A DNA stretch of 53,114 nucleotides, filler included, from Bipalium vagum (Eukaryota): assembly GCA_037834085.1 (NCBI GenBank). It is 3 parts of 3 records of this genome, joined end to end, with 100 filler letters (N's around TTAATTAATTAA, not from the genome) between each part and the next. Parts side by side here need not be neighbours in the genome. Positions count along the whole stretch, not along the records: positions 17,712 to 36,774 come from JBBMKC010012100.1; positions 36,875 to 53,114 come from JBBMKC010120717.1; 1 more part is not named here. One strand, given 5' to 3'. Positions within the stretch are counted from its first letter, which is position 1. Each line of letters begins with the position of its first letter. The notes beneath the pieces were generated by a model. The model was not told the origin of the DNA and made no database searches. It saw only the letters and a list, made by a program, of their open reading frames with translations. Both the position numbers and the translations under genes were made by a program. Positions 25,901 to 38,020 of the stretch are shown here, piece by piece.

Positions 25901-28900
25901 CGAAATTAAAACATTATTCATGTCAGATTTTCAATCTTCCAATCTGTTATCAAGATCTAAATTTTCATTTCTTGAAAAAAGATTTTTTCTAAAAAAAGTT
26001 GTGATAACATCTTTATTCACTTTAAAGATTTTTTAAAATGGTCGATTAATTAACAAAAAATGTATGGGATAAGTTTCATTGAGACTCAATACTCCTGAAA
26101 ATGTCAGTTTATCAACTCATTACTTCTTAACAGTATTTATAAAGTATTAGTATTAATAAATGATTTAATTTTGGAAAACTTTTTTTCTACTTGATGTTGA
26201 TTGATTTCGTTTCTATATTCAAATTTTGAGAGGTCAGAAATAATTTGAGCTACTTCAAATACCTGTTTCCCCATCAACGCTCTAAAATCAAATCTAATTG
26301 TTATTTTTTTAAAATACAGTTTCGCAAAATTCTGTCGAGTTTAAAATATCTTAAAGTTTAAACATTTTTTGATAATACTTTCGATAAAACAAATTTTTGT
26401 TACAATACCATTCCAAGTAATTTCCTTTCGAATATTTCTATACCAGATGCATGGATACTTGGTTTATTTGATTGATGCTCTGTTTGGAAATGGTTTGTTT
26501 GAGAAGACAGCATGTGTAGATTAAGTACTCAAGGGTTGTCATGTATTTTTCTTGCATGTATTACTATTTTGGATTCCAATATCGTCTATGATTATTAAAA
26601 ACGGATTTATTTAAAAATCAATGTAATCTACTTCATTGTTTCAACATTGGTTCAAATTCTCAGCATTATTTTTTTTAAATTATTAGGTGACGTGGTGAAC
26701 ATTAAATATTGAAATTTTATATCACGGATATCTTTTTTGCCTCGATTTTTGACATTTGAAGCACATTAACTTAATTGATTTTTAATATTAAAATAATATC
26801 AGTGTTAAGTTTTGAAAAATACTTTATTGATCGAGTATTATATATATGTACTCATATTTAATTTTGAAAATAATTGATTGATAAATTTTCTATATAAATT
26901 ATAACAAATACAGTCTACCCTCTAATATTTACCACAATCGGGAACCTTGAAAAAAATTGGAAAAAGTTTGAATTTGGCAAAAATTATAGGGGAAACGATT
27001 ACACAATAAATATGACACACTAATACAGATAACAAAATTCTTTAAAAATTCACAAATATTTTTTTAATAATACAATATTTTCATTCCTTCGAAAAGTAAT
27101 GCATAATTGTCTTCTGCTTGCTGTTTAACGTTTGCTTATTAATGACTTTTTCAATATTCATTAGGGAAATAATGTTATCTCTTGTAACATTATCTAAACT
27201 TACTACGTATGATTTTAATTCATGATCATAATTCAATACTGTTTGCAAACTTAATTTTGTATTGACTTCATTAGTTTCTATTTCGTCAACTAAATCATTA
27301 TCATCTAAACATAAATTGGATCAAAAAAGTATTTTTGTGGTTTTAAATCCAATTCAATAATTTCTTTTGATTAATTGGATCGATAATTTCTAATCTCTAT
27401 ATTAATTCACCAAGGTTATCACTTTCCAGATTTTCAATAGTTTCTTTTAATTTTACCAATCCTGTTTTCACCCAACAATTTACAATTTTTTTCTTTCCAA
27501 ACATATGCCAGGTAAATAATAGCATCTTTTAGAGTTATTTCCTTAAACAACGATTTAGCATGTTTTCTGGTGTTATTTTATTGACAATATATGATAGAAG
27601 ATGATGATAATATTTTGCTTTAAAACTTTTTATTATTCCGGAATCCAACGGTTGAAGTCTCGTTGAATTTTTTGGAAGAAAAAGAATTTCAAAAAATTTA
27701 GTTGAATATGTAATCTAATGACTTGGACAGTTATTGAAAATTAGTAAAATTTTACGAAATTCTTTCTGTAACTTCATGTCAAGCTCCATTAACCATATGT
27801 TAAATTCTCTTCCAGTCATCCATGAATTTTCGTTTGAAGAATATTTACAAAATTCTGAATAATTAAAATTTTTGAAATTTATTGGATTTCGCAATTTTCC
27901 AATAACAAATTGTTTTAATTTTTCCGAACCATCCATATTGCAGCATAATAAAATTGTTATCCTATTTTTGTATTTTTTAATTCCATTTCTCATTTTTGAA
28001 ACAAGACTTTTGGACGGTGCAAGTTTATAGAATAGAGCAGTTTCGTCACTATTGAAAATATCAGATGGCTTATATGAAGCCGCTTTTAATTGAAAATCTG
28101 AAATAAAATCATCGTAATTAACATATAAATTTTCGAAACCTTCACCACTACTAATTCCTGATGCAATATTATGACGTTCTTAAAATTTTTGTATTCATTC
28201 ATTTGATGCCTTAAATACCTGTTCTGAATTATCAGCAACTTCAACAGAAGCGTTAATGTCTGAGTATATTTTAAGCTTGTAATGACTAGACTTCATATGG
28301 TTCAGATTGATTTCTCATATTCCGTATGAAAGCAATAGGACTGGGTTATCTTTATCTTTGTCTGATTATGTCTATAGTTTAAAATGCCATTTATGGAATT
28401 TTTTCTAAATATTATTTTATTCAGAGTAAACGGAGTGTAATTTTTAAAACAATTTTAATCAATAATTATTAATAATAAATTTGTATTCAATATTTAAAAG
28501 CAGCAGAACCTTATAAACCTACAATCCAAATGTTTCTTTCAGTCATTGTTGGCATCGGACTTTGATTATTATTTTCTGTTCATATTTTACGAATCAAATA
28601 AATTTCCAATTAAGAGCTGCTGTTATGGAAACGATGATTTGACAAAATAGTTTGAGTTAATCAAGACAAAGAATTTTGAAACGATAAATAAAAAATATGC
28701 TTTTCAGTTTATATTTATTTTTGTTTTAAATTACAAAATCGATTTTGGATTTGAGAATGCTGAAATTTTTTTCATTAGCCAAATGTCACAATTAATGTAT
28801 TCAAAATTATTTTGAAAATGAATCTTTCTCTGTTTATTTTCCGCATTGGGTTTTGGAATTTATTAAACATTGTTACTTCCAGCGATCAAAACAGTCTAAT

Positions 28901-31049
28901 TGCACAACCATTTGTATTTGCAATTATAAATTTTTCTTTTCAAGTTCCGAAATGTAAAAGTATATATATTTAAAAAATAAATTTATGATGTTCACAAGAT
29001 TAAAAAAATATACATATACTCCAATAATTATCCGTACGATAATAATACAAAAAAATAATTTCACTAAAAAAGTAAACATTTTTTATAAAAGTCTATTGTT
29101 TCCAAGTATAATAGTTATCCCGGATATATAAAAAAGAGTAAGAATATGTAAATAGTTGTTTTTAGAATTGTAAGCATAAATTATTCTTGAATGTTCGAAA
29201 ATGAGTAATACGAAAATTAACCATACGAATACATTTATTATAAGCGTACAAAGAATTTGTATCAAAATTTTGTTTTTAATAATTAATTGGACCACCCCTA
29301 TTCTGGATGATCATTTTATATCTCATATTCAACGAAGTAACCATTTTTTGCAGAAATCTTGGTTAATTTGTTGCCATTCTTCCAAGATGTACTTTCTCAG
29401 CATGTCTTTTCCAGAAAATTTCTCTTCATAAAAGCCCACAAATTTTCAATTGGGTTCATGTCCGGTGATTGCCCAATCCATTTCAAGACATTTACACCGG
29501 ATTGATTAAGCCAATGTGTAATAATTTTGGCCGTATGTTTTGGGTCTTGGTCATGCTGAAATTTGAAGTCAGTCTCAAGACCAAGGTGTTGCACAGATTC
29601 CAACAAATTTTCTTGTAAAATTTTCAAATAATCATCCTTATGCATTATTCCAAAATTTCCAACACAGAGACTCGAAAAACATCTCCAAACCATAAGCGAC
29701 CCATTACCATGCTTAACTGTCGGTTGGAGACATTCTAATTTCATTTCTTCTCCGGGTTTTCGCCAAACACTAACCCTTCCTTCTGATCCAAATACGTAAA
29801 ATTTACACTCGTCAGACCAAAGAAATTTATTCCAATCGGTTGAAGAGTTTAACAGCTCTCTTACCCATGTGCTTTCTGATTCATCTTCGAAATTAAAGGT
29901 TTCTTCCGTGCCATCCTCGGTTTCTCACAGTTGAATTGGAAATTTATATGCCATTTTGTTCCTTAATGACTATGCTCACTTTCTCAGCTGATGTTCGCCG
30001 TTCTTTCTTAACAATTATTTGGATTATTCGATCCTCTTGATGTTTTCGTTTTCCTCGTCCGGGACTGGTTTTCACGCTTCCATCACAAGAAAACTTCCAA
30101 AATATATTGAATGCTGGATTTTGGACATTTTAGAATATTTGATATGTGGCCCATACTATCTACTTTTCTCATCGTCACAACAGCATTTCGGAAGTCATTG
30201 GAATATTCTTTTGTTCTTTTACCCATTAAAATATTCACTTCTGAAACAAATGACGAAAAATTTGTAAAAATACAAGAATTAAAAATTTACTAGTTTTACT
30301 TACATTAATAAAAAGTTTAAACAAAGATTTATTTATTATTTAATATAAATATAATGTTATTTCCATAAAAATTTAAGGTCGTACGGATATTTATTGTGCA
30401 TTAATATCCATAAAATAATTTTAATTACGATAATTTAAATATTCTCTTGATAACAATTCTACAAAAACACATAAATAAACGCATTGAAAATTAAAGTATT
30501 ATTAACACCAAAAATTTATTTCATAAGTGGTGATTTTCCATAGAAAAATTATCTTGAAAATATTTACATATCATCGTACGGATAATTATTGGAGTATATA
30601 TATACATTTCCCACCTTAAGAATTAATTGATTTATCGACTTAATTTTTGAAAATTTAATAAATTACTCCAGTGAAAATTAATAGACAAGATATAATTGAT
30701 TTCAATATTTTTTTGAATTTATTCCTGGGTATTCGTAAAATTTATTAATTTTTACAAAAATTTTAATGGAAAATCGATGTGATATTTTAAATTCCTTTTT
30801 ATCCATTATAAAACAAGTTTTCTATGAGTCTTTTAAAAATGTGTTTTCAGATTATGGCAGGACGTTACTAAGAATCTGAAGTCACATAATATGGAAGCCG
30901 CGACGAATGCTAAAAGCCAGCTTGAACAGAAACAGCGAGAGGAAGCCAAGTACATCAAAGAAAATCACATTGTTTGGGAGTTGAGAAATTTCGAGAAAGT
31001 CGGTGATAATTACATTTTCAAATATCCGTTAAACAGAAGAACAGTTTAA
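19969..31049 (+). CDS. OSBPL9: Oxysterol-binding protein-related protein 9 (PH - FFAT - ORD), 14 exons, 703 aa
   Basis: Exons 19969-20067, 20111-20240, 20280-20347, 20394-20492, 20537-20599, 20644-20694, 20739-20835, 20878-21085, 21138-21277, 21327-21775, 24092-24285, 24338-24560, 24618-24709, 30851-31049. All introns are GT-AG, total 2112 nt. PH domain [29 protein letters not shown]; FFAT context [14 protein letters not shown]; ORD motifs [42 protein letters not shown]. Confidence 0.96.
26911..28250 (-). mobile_element. pogo/Tigger-family (CENP-B-like, DDE_1) transposon remnant in OSBPL9 intron 13
   Basis: Remnants [70 protein letters not shown]. One TA-CAGTCTACCCTCTAATATT terminus at 26911; the other end is missing. 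Confidence 0.9.
29013..30600 (-). mobile_element. Near full-length Tc1 (DD34E) transposon with IR/DR-like ends, inactive
   Basis: TIRs TATACTCCAATAATTATCCGTACGAT at both ends. Transposase remnants [28 protein letters not shown]-(34)[11 protein letters not shown], with frameshifts. Confidence 0.93.
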
Positions 31050-31182
31050 TATATTTGATTATAAAATCAGTTCTATTTCATTTGAAAAATAATTATTGAC
31101 TGTTGTTTTTTCTGTGTTACACATAGCTTTAGAATTTCATTTTCTAATTCGTCGTTTATCATTTCCCATAGCAAAGCTTCAA

Positions 31183-31206
31183 GAGAGAGAGAGAGAGTGC
31201 GAGAGA
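31183..31206. repeat. (GA)n microsatellite in the OSBPL9 3' region
   Basis: Sequence gagagagagagagagtgcgagaga. Confidence 0.7.
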
Positions 31207-31988
31207 TGGTAGCACTTTTGAACTTTGCCAAAGATGAATATTTCTTTGTTTTATCGATTGAGTTTGCGATGATTCTCATTGAAATATCGGAAGATATTTC
31301 TCTTATTGTTAACAACGAGTTGATAAATTTTATTATTCTTATTTTTTGTTTATACGTGATAATATTTACATATGTGGTACCCAGTAACCAAAGGCTTTCT
31401 CACAGGTTTTATTATGTACATTTTAATTCCAAATCAATGACTGGCTGAAGATAATGAAATTTATTAGGCTCTATTGACATTGAGTTCGTGCTGCTTTTGC
31501 TATCTCGAAATATGAGGGGCTTTTATGACAATTACTTGGTTATTTTCTCTGGTTAAATAGTATATTGTACTTTCTTACCATTGTACCAATAATGAATAGT
31601 TATTTCACCAGATTTAGTGAAAATCAAATGATATTCAAAATATAATAATCGAATAAAAACATTTATGTATAAATATTTTTTTAGGAAACATAAAATTGTG
31701 CATATTTTTGAAAATAGTTACAAATTTGTGTATTTCTAGTATAAAATTCAATATGAAATAAGATAGTATAGGAATTAAATGTTATGAGCATAATTAAAAA
31801 GAAAATAAAAATTTATTTGTTTTGAGTTTGCCAAAGGCAAACTGTAAAAATTGTCAATAATAATGTTATAGTATTGGTGATATTAATAATATTAATTTTA
31901 AAAAAATTGAACTTTTTAAAATATTAAAAACAATATATCAAAATCATCGAGATGATATATTTACTTAATTATCTTTTGAAAAGAAATA

Positions 31989-32499
31989 TGTCCCGTCGTG
32001 GGGGAAATAAATTATATAGCCGTCTAAAAGTGTAGAGATTGGTGATCGTAGACCAATCTCAACGACTAAATAAAGAGATGGCTATTCCCAGAAAGTAACC
32101 CAAAAAACGAGCAGAAATTATAGATAATTATTGCTTACTGAAGACGTGAAGACTTTTTATTGCTTACCAGTATTTTACATTTATGACTATGCAAGAGGAT
32201 TTAACAATGAAACCATAGGTAACCTGAAAGGCACCTAGAGGACGACCCGGGGACCAAATGTCGCTTCGGGTGAGGATATTATAGATTTTGCTTTTGTTCA
32301 TAGTTTTTAATTTTCTTTTGATATTTCGTTTAAATTATATTACAATGAATTTTTACTTTAATATTGTTTATTTGTATTTGATTATTAACTTGACAGTTTT
32401 TTTAAACATTGATTCAGTGATTTGGTTCTTTGATTGTGATTGTTTTGATTCAACTGAGTTTAAATTTCTGTAACCGTCATAGTAAAACGAACACAATCA
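31989..32499 (+). mobile_element. Dispersed repeat copy 1, probable solo LTR (TGT...CA) with a long hairpin
   Basis: Colinear similarity with 51014-51660: TAGCCGTCT, GATCGTAGACCAATCTC.ACGACTA, GCTATTCCCA, GGATTTAACAA, GACCCGGGGA, GTTTTGATTCA, AACGAACACAA. No TSD found. Confidence 0.6.
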
Positions 32500-33541
32500 T
32501 AGTATAGTTCGGAGTTAGTGATTTCGAGAAAAATATACATATTTCAGTTAAGGAAAATAGTATCAATTGAGTTGAATTTTAGTAGTCACTTTGAAAATAA
32601 AATCTTCATTAATTTCTTGGTTTTCATTATTTTCATAACATGTATTAAATGCAATATTTTCTTTAAAAACATTTAGAAATGAATTTAGTTAACTTTTTTC
32701 ATAATAAATTAATAAATTTATTATTTATATTATTGGCTATTGAAATTTATTTTAAGAAGGATAGCAATAGTACTGTGGGGATTTGCAAATTTGGACCCGT
32801 CTGATCCATATATTTTCTAAAGTTTCAATTTGTAAAGTTCGGCTTATGTATTTTTTAATAAGGAAAATTACAGAATAGTATAGTTTAGTACTCTTCCCTC
32901 ATAATCGTCACTTTTAGAAAGTTTAAAAATTATAATAGAAAACTCCTAGGTTCCAGTTCTGTTAACTGTCACATTAAAATTTTTTTTAATGATTTATTTT
33001 TTATTTTTGACCTGATTTTCTTTCATTTAATATTTTTTTGAAAACTATTCATTTGGCATTATTTATATTAAAACGAAAATGTAAAATTAACTGTTGTTGA
33101 AAAAATTTAAATTTTGAAGTACATTGAGTCATCCTGTGTATTCAGATAACAGAATAGCAGTATTTTTCTCAAGTAAATTTAAAAAGAGCTTTCAATTAGA
33201 AATTTCAATGTTTCAATAGAAAAAAGGATTTATTGATTCATAATACTGATCATGTACACAAAAGTACCATTCGAAAAATGATTTCGAACTAATTAAATTT
33301 TAAAAAGTTCTGTTGATTATAGATAATTATAGAGGTCATGAAGTAAAATAAACTTGAAATTTATATATATTGCTGAAGGGTTTTAACTACCCAATTCAAC
33401 CGGCTTATTACACTCACTTGAGCAAGACATTAAAAGTGTTGAGGTTCAACTCATATCTTCTAACTTTCTGCAAATACAATTTTTTCGAAAAATAAAGTTT
33501 AAATAAAATAACTAATTTAAAGTTATGTATTTTAATTATTA

Positions 33542-34870
33542 CAGGTTTATGCAGAAATATATAGAAAAATATTCAAAATATATAGAAAATTAATCAGAAA
33601 TATATAAGACAAATATTCGATTGTTTCTATCTGAACTTTTTGTTTACCAGAATTTGTAAAAATCAAGTAAGATAGAAGATGTAATAAAGATGCATGATAA
33701 TTTGTGTCAAAAGAAGCAAACCTCGATTGATAAAAATATCCTAAGAACTAGCTGCCGAAATTTGGACAAAAATATACCGGTAAAGGTAATTTCAAAAAAT
33801 GCGAGTACAGCTGCAGCAACAACATATAATGTGATCAACAAAATATCTGAAGGCCTGACCGATGAACAAATTTTATCAAATAAAAAAGAAGATCCAGAAA
33901 CTGCAATTATGATGTGAAAAGTCGAGTAACTCAGATGTTATTAAAGGTTTTTACATTTACATTTATTTATATCTTATCTATTTTATAGGATTCCTCTTAT
34001 ACCCAAAAAGAAATAATCACAGAGTTGTCATTAAATCGAATTTTAGTTAGCCAAAGTACTGTCTCAAGAATTTTATACATGAATTATACCAGAAAGCGAT
34101 TAGTCAAAGTTTCCAAAGAGAAAAATAATGTTAAAAACATTGAGGCTAGACAGCTTTATGCGAAGGACATTGAGTACATTGAAGACAGCAAGGTGGTTTA
34201 CTTAGATGAAACAGGAGTCAAATTACACCAAACCAGAAGTTATGGAATACCAAAGCCTTCAAATTGGTGTGAAATAGTAGAGGACAAAATATCAGCTGCA
34301 TAGTTGCCAATAAAATAACAGGTTTCATTGTTTTGTCATCTGTTTTCATTTATTAAATCAAATTTACAGGCATATTATGCTTCGAAATCAAAGACGGATC
34401 TTTCGATAAGGACAGTTTTATGGACTTTATTAATGACACACTATGCAATCATTCGATCGAAATCCTGAGGATGTAATGGTGATGGACAAATGAAGGTTCC
34501 ATCACCACAAAGATGTCATTAAGTTGGTGACAGAATGAGATATTGCTTACAGATTTCTACCAACATACACGCCTAAACTACATCCAATCGAAGAGTTCTT
34601 AAGCAGGTTTAAGTCGCAAATATCATCCTTTATGAGAACCATTATAAATCGGGACGATTTAAAAGAATTGATTACCCAAGTACTCATGTATGACGATAAC
34701 GATTTTAATGATTATTTTAGCAACATGAGGAGGTTTATAGAAAAAGCCTTGGCGAGACAAAAATGTATTTAGTAAAAGTTTCCACTTGTGAATTTGTTAT
34801 GAAATATATTTTTTCTGAATATTTTTCTATATATTTTGAATAATTTTCTACAAATTTCTGCATAACCATG
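33542..34870 (+). mobile_element. Full-length IS630/Tc1-like (DD34E) transposon with about 70-bp TIRs and an intron-containing transposase pseudogene
   Basis: TA-flanked TIRs CAGGTTTATGCAGAAATATATAGAAAAATATTCAAAATATATAGAAAA. Transposase about 33690-34772: TQKEI..VSQSTVSRIL, YTRKRL, VYLDETG, RGQNIS, VMD-(34)-PIEE. Introns at 33947-33988 and 34322-34369. Confidence 0.92.
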
Positions 34871-35719
34871 TAATTCAAATTAAATAAATAATTTTTAAAA
34901 ATAAATTAAAAATATTATTTTAGAAAAAATTACTGATTTTTAATCAGTTGCATGGCAACCTAAAATTCTTTTATTATAATTTTTAGAATTTAAGTTTATT
35001 TTTTAGTAACGATTAATTATAAAAAGTACTTCATGATTAGCAGCTTAACTGGTCAACTAGAGGTGTTTAAATGAAATGCGAAATAGTATATAGATCAGCG
35101 AAAACTTATTATCATTCGTCCAGAAAATTATTAAAAGATAAAGTATATTTTGGTTATTTTATTTTTGCTGACCAGGGGTGTTCCTGGTACAGCTTTTAAT
35201 TACGAGTTTAAAGACTGCCTGTTTGCAGTTTGTTTTTTGCAAATAAAAAGGGTTTCATCCGCATATTATTCAATAAACTTTTGAATTTTACAGTATTAGT
35301 TTATCTTTGTTTTTTGTTAGAGGGTGAGATAGCGAGCTCATTGGTAGGTCCACAGCAACCTCAATGTAGCTCAGGTGAGCTGAGCAAGAGATTTTAAAAA
35401 AATTTTTACTCGTAAGAAATTAAATGACAATTGAATTCGGAAAATTTAGATTGGAAGGTTATAAAAAAACCTCAAGGTCTCAATTATTTTTCTAACACTT
35501 GCTTGGAATGTAAAAAGTTCAAAAATTTTAAATGTTTTTAGTCATGCTAAACGGACCAATAATGAAAGTGGCGAATTTACAGATGGATTTGTTGATAATT
35601 TTAATAATATTTTTTTCTAAAGCACAGATACTTGATACTGTTAGATGTGAATTTGTGAAAGGAAGAAATGATAACAGAAGAGAAATAAATATTATTCAAG
35701 AAACGTTGAAAAGAATGTA

Positions 35720-35920
35720 CTCAGAATTGATTAATAGAAAAGGCCTAATTCTATTGCATGATAATGCCCGTCCGCACATAGAAAACCGTGGAAAAAACTG
35801 AGAAGCCTATATTACGAAACTCTGTCACATCCACTGCACTCGCCAGATTTCCATTTATTCAATAATTTACAAATACAAATTATTTGAATAGAAAAAGATT
35901 TCAAAACGGTGTTATTTAAC
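35720..35920 (+). mobile_element. mariner transposase fragment
   Basis: LINRKGLILLHDNARPH followed by a broken ETLSHPLHSPD. Confidence 0.8.
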
Positions 35921-35999
35921 TAAAATTGATTTAATTTTTAATTAATAAATCTTTAATGATAGATCAAAAGTAGAGTAGGGGTTTGATTTTATACGAATC

Positions 36000-36346
36000 C
36001 GAACAAGGTAAAACATACCTCAAACAAAAATTCAAGGAACTTAGGCGATTAGTTTTGTACCATCCGTCCTATAGTGCAGACCTGAGTCCATCGGATCACC
36101 TTGTTTTCAGATCGACGCAACATTCTTTAGACAAGAAAATATTCAAACGATGAAGTCAAGATATGGTAAGTTTTTTGAACTACATCAAGAAGACGTTTAT
36201 AATAATAGCACTCATTCTTTGCGTCAAAGATGGCAGATTCATTGATAATTTTGAAAAATATCTTTTGGATTATTTTGTCTTATTGTTTTCTGAAATAAAT
36301 TTTGATTTTGATAAAAAAACGTGATTTATATTTGGCCAATGTAATA
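36000..36346 (+). mobile_element. 3' end of a second mariner element
   Basis: VLYHPSYSADLSPSDHLVFRSTQHSL (YSPDLAPSD-like motif), RQRWQ, and a TIR-like end AAACGTGATTTTATATTTGGCCAATGTAA-TA. Confidence 0.8.
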
Positions 36347-36774
36347 GTTAATATTAAAATGTTACCCGAATTTAACTGTGAAGTCTGCTTTTAGCAATTA
36401 AGACAAAATTAATATTAAATATTAATATATTAAGGTTACAAAATTTATATATATATGAATTATGAAAATTATTTTGGTAATATAATCTAAACTCTATTTA
36501 ATGCTTTTAAAATGAATTTTTAGGTATTATACTATTTTTAACGGTATAATATACAATTTTTAACATTTATATCCTGAGATTTGTAACTGGGAATTTTAAA
36601 GACAACTATTCTATGGTACAAAGTTTTGAGATTCATTGTCGTAAAAAATAAAAAATAATCTATATATTCTCTTTATAAAACTGTGTGAAAGTCTTTAACT
36701 ACAGAGATAAAGTTCAAGTATGAGATCTGTAACATATTTGATCTAAATCTCTTGACCACATGACGTCAATATGA

Positions 36775-36874
36775 NNNNNNNNNNNNNNNNNNNNNNNNNN
36801 NNNNNNNNNNNNNNNNNNTTAATTAATTAANNNNNNNNNNNNNNNNNNNNNNNNNNNNNNNNNNNNNNNNNNNN
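36775..36874. other. Assembly gap linker N44-TTAATTAATTAA-N44
   Basis: Identical to 17612-17711. Confidence 0.97.
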
Positions 36875-36947
36875 GATTTAACGAAACTTTGATATAACGA
36901 AGTAATTTGATCGGTCCCTTGAAATTCGTTATATCGAGACTGAACTG
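36875..36947. mobile_element. Terminus of a pogo/Tigger-like element or MITE, cut by the gap
   Basis: Ends in TTCGTTATATCGAGACTGAACTG-TA, with an internal inverted GATATAACGAA motif and GGTCCC. This is the typical Tigger-like end architecture. Confidence 0.75.
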
Positions 36948-38020
36948 TAATATTATGTTATCGAATATTAAAAAATCTCACTTTTTAGAAAGAATAAAAT
37001 TATTTTATGCATCAGGATTGTTAAATTTTTTGGTTTAAAAGTAATTCCCAAAACCTGTGGAAATTCTAAACAGAAATATTAATTTCTCTTCAAATAAAAT
37101 GTCGACAGAATTCAATTCAACAATGACACTTGATGAAATTTATCATAAATATTAATATAAAATCTTGATTGATTCAATTTAGCCAAAACGTTTTCCATCT
37201 GTCGTGAAAAGAATTGTATAGAGACGTAATAGTAGTAAAAAATTTTCATTGTTTCAACTCATTCAGTTCAAATTTCCAGTTGCATATACGCCTTATCTGC
37301 AGTTGCAAAGACGAAAAAAATATACTCCACAATCCTCACTCACACAAAATATTTCAAGTAAACCATTTACTAATTACTTTATAATTTTCAGGTCCTAATA
37401 AAGGTAAGAGGACAAAATCTTAACCAATCTAACGTAATAATATTTTGTAATTGTTACAAGAATATCTGGAATAAAAGACAAAGAAAAGATTATTTGAACT
37501 AAATTAGAAATAATATCTTAAAGTTTTTAGATTACTTAGAATTAGAAGAAAATGATTAAAGATCTTCAAAAATATAATTAAGACTTTAAGCAAGTATTAT
37601 CAAGGTTTATAAGAATTCCATCGTTACAGTAATTTAATTATTGTTATGTTTTACAAGTTTCAACTTACTGAAATTATCAACTGACTTCTTTTTCTTATTT
37701 TAAGCTTTAAAATAAAATTTATTTTTGCCAAACTCCAGTTAATATTGAAAACAAGATATATGTATTTTGTGAACTAAAATCGTAACATTTATTAAAGCAT
37801 CGTGAATATAATCTCTAAAAATCAATATAAATATTATTCATTCGAGATTTAGTAGAACGTTTAATGAAATATTTTTATTTTAATCAGACAATAAATAAAT
37901 TTGAGTTTAAAAAATTAATTTAACCTTAATTTTAATGCATTTAAAACAGCCAAAACAAATTGAAATTTGCAATTAAGTCAAAAACAACACCCTTATTTAT
38001 TTCATATAAAACTGATAATT

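Noticed and set aside
32137-32160. CTGAAGA as a hammerhead ribozyme core in the repeat
   Set aside because: No stem II followed by GAAA, and the motif is not conserved in copy 2.
34491-34538. Two in-frame TGA codons in the transposase, suggesting an alternative genetic code
   Set aside because: The element also has frameshifts. Host genes use TGG for Trp and have no internal stops, so this is ordinary pseudogene decay.
35320-35390. tRNA or SINE-like A-box (GTAGCTCAG) with a small hairpin
   Set aside because: No B-box, cloverleaf or second copy.
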